A stretch of DNA of 64,000 bases from positions 1,460,248 to 1,524,247 of the forward strand of contig OZ241751.1 in assembly GCA_965201135.1 (NCBI GenBank). The letters are read 5' to 3'. Position 1 is the stretch's first letter, and each line of letters opens with the position of its first letter. Below the pieces are notes generated by a model. That model was not told the DNA's origin and ran no database searches. It was given only the letters and a program-made list of their open reading frames with translations. Shown here one piece after another: positions 1-6,753 of the stretch. Origin of the DNA: Dehalococcoidia bacterium (GTDB lineage: Bacteria > Chloroflexota > Dehalococcoidia > Lucifugimonadales > Australimonadaceae). The translations under genes were made by a program, and so were the position numbers.

Positions 1-1
1 G

Positions 2-136
2 CAGGCCGTCGCATTCGCCGCCCCGCTCATAGGCTCCGGCGTCCTGAAGGCCGCCTACGTCCTCTCCCTCTGGGCGCTGTTCCGCACCGTCCGCCCGCCT
101 GAGGAGGGGGGCAGGTTCCCGCCTACGCGGGAATAA
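2..136 (+). CDS. 3' end of a window-truncated CDS with a hydrophobic C-terminus (probably a membrane/transport protein)
   Basis: Frame 2 is open from the window edge and reads QAVAFAAPLIGSGVLKAAYVLSLWALFRTVRPPEEGG... The stop TAA at 134-136 lies inside a hairpin repeat. It has no start in the window, so it is absent from the ORF track. Confidence 0.3.
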   Translation, partial: QAVAFAAPLIGSGVLKAAYVLSLWALFRTVRPPEEGGRFPPTRE

Positions 137-202
137 CGCGATGGGGTAGATTGCCGCTTTCGGCGGCAAGGCGCCTCCAGTAGGTTCCCGCTTTCGCGGG
201 AA
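116..202. repeat. two family-A hairpin repeats (consensus GTCATTCCCGC-N4-GCGGGAATGAC)
   Basis: ttcccgcctacgcgggaa at 116-133 and ttcccgctttcgcgggaa at 185-202. The same palindrome recurs 25 or more times in the window. Confidence 0.85.
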
Positions 203-249
203 TGACGGCGCAGGGGTAGGTTCTTGCCGCTTGCAGATGCGATTGCGCG

Positions 250-1107
250 TTATTTTCGGCTAGCGTCGCCGAATTCGCGGATGAGGTCGCACGCCCAGCG
301 TTTCGCTTCGGGGTAGTAGTCGCAGTCCAAGACGAACTCTTGGCCGCGCCCCACGCTCTGGAGGTAGACATGCTCAGGGTCGTCTTTCTTGGTCGTCCAG
401 CGATTGAACTTTGTGCGTTTGGGATCGTGATACGTCAGGGCGGACTTCCTGCCAGCAGGGTAAAACCACCGCGGCAACTTCCAGTGCGACTTGGACTGAC
501 CCGGCTCCGTGAGCAAGAGGCGATCATCGAAGCAAGGGAACACGCCCGCCCCTTTCACGCCCGTTCCCTTAAGGCCGCCGCATAGGTCCAGTTGGGCGGA
601 AGCCACGTAGCGCGTGTTGTTGTTGCAGCACATGCACCGCAACTTGTCCTCGCCTTCTTGCGGCCTGTGTTTTTCTCCGACTTGGAGCCAACCCCACAAG
701 ACGTGTTGCTCGGGGCACTGCGTATACCGCCAGCCGTCATTCGTCCGCGCAACGCGGCGGTAGAGGCCGAAGAACAGGAAGAGGTCGCCTTCCTTCACGC
801 CCTGGTTGTTGAGGTGCCCGACGGCGGCTTTCACTTGGTCAAACAACCTAGGGCAGCCGTCCGGTGGGTTGAGGTCAGGGCTCATGTGAACGGGGTGATT
901 GGCATTGATGCGACCCCGAGTGAGATTCTGCGCCAACTCCCCGATGTCCGCTTGGGGATGGCGCAGGTCTCCATAGGTGAGACGAGGGCGCCCGCTATCG
1001 GGTATCGGCAGCGAGAACATCGCGTCGTCATGGAAGATAGGGCTGGCGCAGCCCCCGGAATTCTCCCCGCTGTCAAAGCCCTTCCTGCTGAGGATGAGTT
1101 TCACCAT
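250..1107 (-). CDS. hypothetical protein, possibly Nmad3-like (nucleotide-modification-associated domain 3)
   Basis: Clean 285-aa ORF starting MVKLILSRKGFDSGENSGGCASPIF. From memory, this ILSRKGFDS..GG..SPI N-terminus resembles the Nmad3 family; this is recollection, not a search. The gene is somewhat AT-richer than its flanks and is bracketed by hairpin repeats at 185-202 and 1152-1176. Confidence 0.6.
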   Translation of the reverse strand: MVKLILSRKGFDSGENSGGCASPIFHDDAMFSLPIPDSGRPRLTYGDLRHPQADIGELAQNLTRGRINANHPVHMSPDLNPPDGCPRLFDQVKAAVGHLNNQGVKEGDLFLFFGLYRRVARTNDGWRYTQCPEQHVLWGWLQVGEKHRPQEGEDKLRCMCCNNNTRYVASAQLDLCGGLKGTGVKGAGVFPCFDDRLLLTEPGQSKSHWKLPRWFYPAGRKSALTYHDPKRTKFNRWTTKKDDPEHVYLQSVGRGQEFVLDCDYYPEAKRWACDLIREFGDASRK

Positions 1108-1151
1108 CGCCTCCTGCGCGTTGGGCGCATGATAGCAAGAAAGGGGGAGGG

Positions 1152-1176
1152 ATTCCCGCCTACGCCGGGAATGACG
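1152..1176. repeat. family-A hairpin repeat
   Basis: attcccgcctacgccgggaatgacg. Confidence 0.8.
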
Positions 1177-1218
1177 ATACTGGGGCGGGGACGGGACTAA
1201 GGGCGCAAGCAGGGCGGA

Positions 1219-1323
1219 TCAGAGGAAGCCGGTCCACGTGTCCGGGTCCGACGCGATGGCCGCGGCTATCTCAGCGTCCTCCTCCGGGGTGGGCCATATC
1301 GTTCCAGGCTTAAGGGGCGGCAT
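1219..1323 (-). pseudogene. brnA: truncated BrnA-type antitoxin (34 codons, RHH domain missing)
   Basis: My own translation gives [34 protein letters not shown]. This matches the N-terminal LKPGT..PT.EEDA.I.A.IA.DPD segment of BrnA-family antitoxins and stops before the DNA-binding part. The ATG at 1323-1321 overlaps the brnT stop. Too short for the ORF track. Confidence 0.55.
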
Positions 1324-1562
1324 AGCGTTCCATCTCCTTCCGCTCTGCCTTCCGCATGCTGATGATGCGGGCGTTCGCTCCCCAACCTATGTAGACGACG
1401 GCGTGCAAGCGGTCGCCGATGTAGCCCAGCGCAAGAACGCGCTCCTCGCCGTGCCGGACGCTGCGCTCGTAACGCGCGGTCGTCCAATCGAAGAGATGGA
1501 CGCTCTCGAAGTCTATGCCGTGCTTGGCGACGTTGCCGCCGCTCGTCCCGCTCGTAAGGCAT
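1310..1562 (-). pseudogene. brnT: BrnT-family (DUF497) toxin, frameshifted near the 5' end or lacking a canonical start
   Basis: One minus frame reads ..[76 protein letters not shown], which carries the KHG..F and RIIS.RKA hallmarks. The only ATG (1562, MPYERDER..) is in a different frame; 253 nt is not a multiple of 3. The ORF track shows only the out-of-frame Arg-rich read 1266..1562. Confidence 0.6.
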
Positions 1563-1631
1563 ACGTCTAGATTAGCCCCGCAAGCGCCGCGCCGTCAACC
1601 GGCCATTGTCCCTGACCGTCCCCTTACGACC

Positions 1632-1797
1632 GTCATTCCCGCGAAAGCGGGAACCTACCCCATAGGCCGCCGCCCCCCCATGCCCGTCATTCCGGCGTAG
1701 GCCGGAATCCATTCGGCGCGATAGCGCCATAGACGGGGTTGCGGCCCGTCTCCCCCGGTCCCCAGGCGCATCGTCATTCCCGCGAAAGCGGGAACCC
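1632..1797. repeat. three family-A hairpin repeats
   Basis: gtcattcccgcgaaagcgggaacc (1632-1655), gtcattccggcgtaggccggaatc (1685-1708) and gtcattcccgcgaaagcgggaacc (1773-1796). Confidence 0.85.
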
Positions 1798-1912
1798 ACC
1801 CCTGCCCAACTGCGACAAACACCCCTTGCGCGAACGCCCCCTATATCCCTACGATGAACCCGGTCGGTCGAGCAATGCGGGCGCGGATCGGCCGAGGCGG
1901 CTGGAGAGGGGC

Positions 1913-2012
1913 GCTCCATTCTGCCCCATTCCCGCCCCAAACGTCCCCATTTCCGCCCCAAAACAGCCCCGACGGCGCCCTAAAGCGAACCCGGCGCTAG
2001 GAGTAAATGGTG
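1913..2012 (+). repeat. family-D intergenic element; inverted partner at 5878-5985
   Basis: Shares the blocks ctccatt, gccccaaaac.gcccc and gcgc.aggagtaaatgg.gc with the reverse complement of 5878-5985. The 11-nt ggagtaaatgg at 2000-2010 matches ccatttactcc at 5881-5891. Confidence 0.5.
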
Positions 2013-2100
2013 CAAAATGGCGCAAAATGGCGCAGCCCTTAAAGGCGGGGCGCTCACGCAAGGCTGCTCAATAGGAACACGCCGCAAAGGAGGCGCGCTC

Positions 2101-2226
2101 GTGAAAGACATCATCTGGCCGTTCGCCAACGCCGAGGACATCGGCTACATCCTCTGGCCCGTCGCCGCCGGAGGCGTGATCAGCCTCGGCGCGCTGCTCA
2201 TCGTCCTCAGCTTCGTCTGGCCGTAG
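2101..2226 (+). CDS. possible small (41 aa) membrane protein
   Basis: A GTG at 2101 lies 7 nt after the aaaggagg Shine-Dalgarno (2086-2093). It reads VKDIIWPFANAEDIGYILWPVAAGGVISLGALLIVLSFVWP, with one clear TM helix. It ends 7 nt before the hydrolase gene. Confidence 0.35.
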   Translation: MKDIIWPFANAEDIGYILWPVAAGGVISLGALLIVLSFVWP

Positions 2227-2233
2227 GCGCGCC

Positions 2234-3202
2234 GTGGGCGAGACGCGCTTCGCAACCGTCAACGGCGTCCGCGCCGCATACGAGACGTCCGGCGACGGCT
2301 TCCCCTTGCTCTTGCTGCACGGATTCCCCCGAACGCGCAGGACGTGGGAGAAGGCCGCGCCCGCGCTCGCCGAGCGCTTCGCCGTCGTCGCGCCCGACCG
2401 CCGCGGCTACGGCGAGTCCGACGCTCCCGCCGACCCGGCGGCCTACGCGCTCGGCGATATGGCGGCGGACGCCGTCGCGCTGATGGACCATCTCGGCCAC
2501 GAGCGGTTCATCGTCGTCGGGCACGACAAGGGCGCGCCGACCGCCCGCCGCGTCGCCGCCGACCTGCCGGAGCGCGTCGCCGGGATGGTTCAGATCGACG
2601 CGGCGCCGCAGGGAGTGGGCGAGGAGCGGCGCGACCCCGGCGGGCGGCAGTGGTACTTCGATTTCTTCCGCCAGCGGAACGTCGCCGAGCCGATCGTCAA
2701 CGCCATTCCCGAACTCTTCTTCGGCCTCTTCCTCGACCGCAACCCGCACCTTACGCCGGAGGAGCGCGCGTTCTACGTCGCGTCGTACTCGCGCCCCGGC
2801 GTCGCGGACGCCGTAATCCAGGACTACCGCCTCGCCCTCGAGGAAGACCCCGCCTACTGGCGGGCGGAGTTGGGGGCGGGGCGCAAGGTTCGCGTCCCGA
2901 CGCTGTGCGTCTGGGGGGCGTCCGGCCCCTCGGCGGGCTTGGACATGCTGGGGCTATGGCGGCAAGCGGCGGACGACGTTCGCGGCTGGCCTATCGAAGG
3001 CAGCGCGCACTATGTGCAGGAGCAGCGTCCGGACGCCGTCGCCGCCGCCATCATCGCTTTCGCCGACGAGTTGGGCGTAGGGCAAGGCGGTCATTGCGAG
3101 CGGCTTGCGGCGCGTCGTTGGCCTCCTCGCGTTGGACGAATCGCGCTCGTTGCGCTTGCTCAGCAGGCAACGCAGACGAGCGGATCGGCAAGGGGCGTAT
3201 AA
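2234..3202 (+). CDS. alpha/beta-fold hydrolase (epoxide hydrolase / haloacetate dehalogenase-like)
   Basis: Motifs LLLLHGFPRTRRTW, RGYGESD, nucleophile elbow VVGHDKGA (Asp type) and C-terminal GSAHYVQEQ. GTG start. The last ~45 codons run through a repeat-like segment and may be a non-functional tail. Confidence 0.8.
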   Translation: MGETRFATVNGVRAAYETSGDGFPLLLLHGFPRTRRTWEKAAPALAERFAVVAPDRRGYGESDAPADPAAYALGDMAADAVALMDHLGHERFIVVGHDKGAPTARRVAADLPERVAGMVQIDAAPQGVGEERRDPGGRQWYFDFFRQRNVAEPIVNAIPELFFGLFLDRNPHLTPEERAFYVASYSRPGVADAVIQDYRLALEEDPAYWRAELGAGRKVRVPTLCVWGASGPSAGLDMLGLWRQAADDVRGWPIEGSAHYVQEQRPDAVAAAIIAFADELGVGQGGHCERLAARRWPPRVGRIALVALAQQATQTSGSARGV

Positions 3203-3203
3203 T
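3198..3203 (+). promoter_or_regulatory. candidate -10 box TATAAT, 7 nt upstream of the moaD-moaE ATG (possibly a leaderless mRNA)
   Basis: Sequence gcgTATAATcacgcctATG. There is no Shine-Dalgarno sequence between the box and the ATG. Confidence 0.35.
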
Positions 3204-3210
3204 CACGCCT

Positions 3211-3951
3211 ATGGATGTTCTGTTGCGGCTGTACGCTTCCTACCGCGAGAGCGCGGGGGTTGACCGCGTTGCGCTCGCGCTGCCCGCCGGCGCGACGGTC
3301 GCGGACGCCATCGCATCGCTGCTCGAGGCCGCGCCGTCGCTGCCGCGCGATTTCCGTCCGCATCTTATCGCGGTCAACGAGGAGTTCGCCAATCCCGCCT
3401 ATCCGCTGAGCGACGGCGACGACGTGGCTCTGTATCCGCCCGTGAGCGGCGGGGCGGCGGACGCGCTGGTGGGGACGGACGAAATCGACGCGCGGGAGGC
3501 CGCCGACGCGGTTCGCCGGGCGTTCAACGGCGCGGTGGTGACGTTCGAGGGGACGACGCGCGACAACACGGGAGGCCGCCCCGTGCTGCGCTTGGAGTAC
3601 GAGGCGGACGAGCGGGCGGCGGAGCGCGTGATCGGGCAGATACTCGTCGAGACGATGGCGCGGTTCGGCGTTCCGGCGATGACGGCGCGCCACCGGGTGG
3701 GGCGGCTCGATATCGGCGACGTGAGCCTCGTGGTGGCGGCGGGGGCGCCGCACCGGGCGGAGGCGTATTTGGCGGGGCTGTACGTCGTCGACCGGATCAA
3801 GCATATCGTTCCCGTTTGGAAGAAGGAGCATTTCGCGGACGGGGAGGTGTGGGTGGGGGCGGCGTGCGATCCGGAGACGCACGAGCTGCATCTCGCGGAG
3901 GCTCCTTACGCGGGCTTTCTCGCGGAGCGCGAGGGGGCAGTTCACGCTTAG
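3211..3951 (+). CDS. moaD-moaE: MoaD-MoaE fusion (molybdopterin synthase sulfur-carrier plus catalytic subunit)
   Basis: Internal ATG at 3211 of the 535-aa track ORF. The N-terminal ~80 aa end in ..VALYPPVSGG (the MoaD C-terminal Gly-Gly). This is followed by MoaE-like ..AVVTFEGTTRDN..SLVVAAGAPHRAEA..IKHIVPVWKKEHF... The upstream 290 codons of the track ORF are out-of-frame overlap with the hydrolase gene. Confidence 0.85.
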   Translation: MDVLLRLYASYRESAGVDRVALALPAGATVADAIASLLEAAPSLPRDFRPHLIAVNEEFANPAYPLSDGDDVALYPPVSGGAADALVGTDEIDAREAADAVRRAFNGAVVTFEGTTRDNTGGRPVLRLEYEADERAAERVIGQILVETMARFGVPAMTARHRVGRLDIGDVSLVVAAGAPHRAEAYLAGLYVVDRIKHIVPVWKKEHFADGEVWVGAACDPETHELHLAEAPYAGFLAEREGAVHA

Positions 3952-4006
3952 GCGCCTCGCGCAACCCCGCCTCCCCTTCTCGCAGCGCCTTTTTCCTGCC
4001 TCCACT

Positions 4007-4027
4007 GTCATTCCCGCCTACGCGGTC
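4007..4027. repeat. partial family-A hairpin
   Basis: gtcattcccgcctacgcggtc. Confidence 0.6.
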
Positions 4028-4075
4028 AGGGCAACTCCCCTAAATGCTCGCCGCCGCTTCGCGGATGAGGATTGC

Positions 4076-5794
4076 TCACTCTCCCTCTTTCCCCCGCGCG
4101 GCCGCCGCCAGCATCTCCCGCGCCGCTTGCTCGAGGCGGGCGCCGCCGCCCAGCATTCCGGCGATTTCGGCGACGCGCTCCTCTTCGTCCAGCGCCTCCG
4201 CGCCGGAGTACGCCCGCCCGCCGCGCACGGCCTTCCCCACGCGGTAGTGCGCGTCCGCCCACGCCGCTATCTGCGGAAGGTGCGTCACGCACAGCGTCTG
4301 CGCGCTCCGCCCCACCGTCCATAGTTTCCTGCCGACCGCCTCGCCGGCGCGCGCGCCTATCCCCGCGTCCACCTCGTCGAACACGAGCGAGGCCGCGCCG
4401 GACGCGGAGCGCAGCGCGCCGTTGAGCGCCAGCATCATCCGCGACGTCTCGCCGCCCGACGCGATCTTCGCCAACGGCCTCGCCGCCTCGCCGGGGTTCG
4501 TCCGCGCCGTGAACGTCACGCGGTCGACGCCGCCATGCTGGGGGACGAGCGTTCGCCCGTCCGGCGCGGGCAGGCCGTCCTCGTCCTCTTCCTGCTCCAC
4601 GAGGACGGCGATTTCGGCGCGCTCCATCCCCAACTCGCGCAACTCGACGGCGACGGCTTCGCGGAGCGCGTCCGCCGCGGCGCTCCGCGCCTGCGACAGT
4701 TCCCACGCGAGCGCGCCGGCCTCGCGGAGGGCGCTCCGCAGCGCCTGATCCAACGCGGCGCGGCGGGCGTCCGCGCTCTCGATGCTCTCCAAGCGGCGCC
4801 GCGCGTCCTCTCCGAACGCGACGACGGCGGCCTCGTCGCCGCCGTACTTGCGCTTGAGGCGGCGCAGCGTCTCAACGCGCTCCTCGATCTCCGCGAGGCG
4901 GGCCGGGTCGGGCTCGGCGGACTCCGCGACGGCGCGGATTTCGCGGGCCGCGTCGGCGATTTGCGCGGCGGCGGATTCGACGGCGTCGGCGGGGGCGCGC
5001 AGCAGGTCGCCGGCGCCGGGCGCGTGGCGGAGACGGCGCGCCGCCTCTCCGGCGAGGCCGGCGGCGTTCGCCTCGCCCTCGCTCAGCGCAAGCCACGCGG
5101 CCTCGCACGCCTCGCGGACGGACTCCGCGTTTCGCAGCAAGTCGCGCTCGCGGATAAGCGCGTCCTCCTCGCCCTCCGTCGGCGCGGCGGCTTCGATCTC
5201 GTTCGCCTGAAACTCCAGCAGGTCGCGCCGGTGCTCCGCCTCCTGCGCGGCGGCTTCGGCGTCGGCGGCTTCGCGCCTCTTGCGCCGCGCCTCCGCGACC
5301 GCGCTCTCGACGGCGGCCCGGCGCTCCGCGAGGCCGGCGAACGCGTCCAGCGCGCGCAGTTGGAAGCGCGGATCGAGCAGCGAGAGGCTTTCGCCTTGCC
5401 CGTGGATGTCCACGAGCGCGGCGCCGGCGCTTCGCAGAACGCTCGCGGGCGCGGCGCGGCCGTTCAGGCGGGAGACGGCGCGGCCTTCCCGATGCGTTTC
5501 GCGGTAGAGCGCCACGACGCCGTCATCGCCGTCGGTTTCGACGCCGAGTTCCGCGAGGCGCTCTCGCGCAAGGGGCGCGCCGCGCGCGTCGAACACGGCC
5601 TCGACGCTCATAGACGCCGCTCCGCTCCGCATCATTCCCTTGTCCGCCGGGCCGCCGAGCGCGAACGCGAGCGCGTCCACCAGCAGCGACTTTCCGGCGC
5701 CCGTCTCGCCCGTGATGACGTTGAGCCCGGGCCCGAACGCGAGGCGGGTCTCTTCAATAACGGCGAGGTTGCGGACGGCGAGTTCGACGAGCAT
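4076..5794 (-). CDS. recN: DNA repair protein RecN
   Basis: 572 aa. N-terminal MLVELAVRNLAVIEE..ITGETGAGKS (Walker A), a long coiled-coil middle, and C-terminal ASGGETSR signature plus LVFDEVDAG (Walker B). Confidence 0.95.
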   Translation of the reverse strand: MLVELAVRNLAVIEETRLAFGPGLNVITGETGAGKSLLVDALAFALGGPADKGMMRSGAASMSVEAVFDARGAPLARERLAELGVETDGDDGVVALYRETHREGRAVSRLNGRAAPASVLRSAGAALVDIHGQGESLSLLDPRFQLRALDAFAGLAERRAAVESAVAEARRKRREAADAEAAAQEAEHRRDLLEFQANEIEAAAPTEGEEDALIRERDLLRNAESVREACEAAWLALSEGEANAAGLAGEAARRLRHAPGAGDLLRAPADAVESAAAQIADAAREIRAVAESAEPDPARLAEIEERVETLRRLKRKYGGDEAAVVAFGEDARRRLESIESADARRAALDQALRSALREAGALAWELSQARSAAADALREAVAVELRELGMERAEIAVLVEQEEDEDGLPAPDGRTLVPQHGGVDRVTFTARTNPGEAARPLAKIASGGETSRMMLALNGALRSASGAASLVFDEVDAGIGARAGEAVGRKLWTVGRSAQTLCVTHLPQIAAWADAHYRVGKAVRGGRAYSGAEALDEEERVAEIAGMLGGGARLEQAAREMLAAAARGKEGE

Positions 5795-5877
5795 CGGCGC
5801 GCCGATTATACGTTGCGGCGGCTAGGCGAGAGCGAGGGATTGGTTCCCGCTCACGTGGACAGGGCGGCATCCAGTAG

Positions 5878-5985
5878 GCGCCATTTACTCCTGCGCTCCG
5901 GCGGGTGATGAGGCCAGATTGGGGCCGAAACGGGGCGTTTTGGGGCTGAATGAGGCCGAAATGAGGCCAAATGGAGCCACTGCCG
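5878..5985 (-). repeat. family-D intergenic element (inverted partner of 1913-2012)
   Basis: See 1913-2012. Also contains short internal repeats ggcc(t/c)cat(t). Confidence 0.5.
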
Positions 5986-6091
5986 TCGCGGGGGCGTCCA
6001 GGCCGCCGTTGGGTTCGGAGCGCGAGGTCATAGGGGCAGCGTAGGGGAGAGGGGGCGGACGGCGCAAGGGGCGAATGGCAGAGGGGAGGGA

Positions 6092-6634
6092 TCAGCGCGG
6101 GGGCGGCTCCAAGCCGAACAGGCCGAACATCTCCTCTCGGTTCAACTGCGCGGAGAGGTCGAGCGACACGTCGTCTATGAGTTGGTCGAACAGCCCCTGC
6201 TTGCGCTCCAGTATCCGGTCTATGCGCTCCTCAATGGTGTCGACGCAGGAGTATTTGATCACGTTCACCTTGACCGTTTGGCCGATGCGATGGCTGCGGT
6301 CCTCCGCTTGGCGCTCGACGGCGGGGTTCCACCACCTGTCGAGGTGAAACACGTAGGACGCCTCCTGCAGATTCAGCCCCAAGCCTCCGACGCGGAGGGA
6401 GAGGACGAGCGCCTTATGCTCGCCGCGGGATTTGAAGCGCTCGATGATGGGAGTTCGCTCTTCCTGCGGCGTGGCGCCGGTGATGGCGAGCGGGGCGAAC
6501 TCGCGCAGGCGGTTGACGACCGCCTCCACGCCCGCCTCGCGGGTTACGTATTGCGAGAACACCAACGCCTTGTGCCCTTGCGCCGAGAGGAGTTCAACAG
6601 TTAGGGCCGCGCGAGTGGCGGCGGGGCGGCCGGC
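6092..6634 (-). pseudogene. 3' fragment of an SNF2-family helicase gene (Helicase_C part only)
   Basis: The frame is open only from the TAG at 6635-6637. It reads ..RAALTVELLSAQGHKALVFSQY.. (motif IV), SLRVGGLGLNLQEA, DRWWNPAVERQAEDRSHRIGQ (motifs V-VI). The entire SNF2_N ATPase lobe is absent; the next sequence upstream is the divergent methyltransferase gene. Confidence 0.8.
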
Positions 6635-6753
6635 CTATGGACGAATAGACGCGCATTAGGATACGATTGCGCCTGTGGTGGACTTCAACCGGAATGCCCA
6701 ACTCCTTGCCAGCCGTTGGCCCTCACGGGCGGGGCGATAGGAGCGAGGGCGCG

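Noticed and set aside
2344-3951. The 535-aa track ORF taken as a single gene. The same applies to 29622-31412 (596 aa), 41793-43685 (630 aa), 45587-47503 (638 aa), 25813-27660 (615 aa) and 49239-50831 (530 aa).
   Set aside because: Only the 3' part of each is a recognisable protein (MoaDE, decarboxylase alpha, ThyX, Lpd, amidase and the PD-ExK protein). The 5' parts are Arg-rich out-of-frame overlaps with the neighbouring real gene. Internal starts with Shine-Dalgarno sequences or coupling overlaps were used instead.
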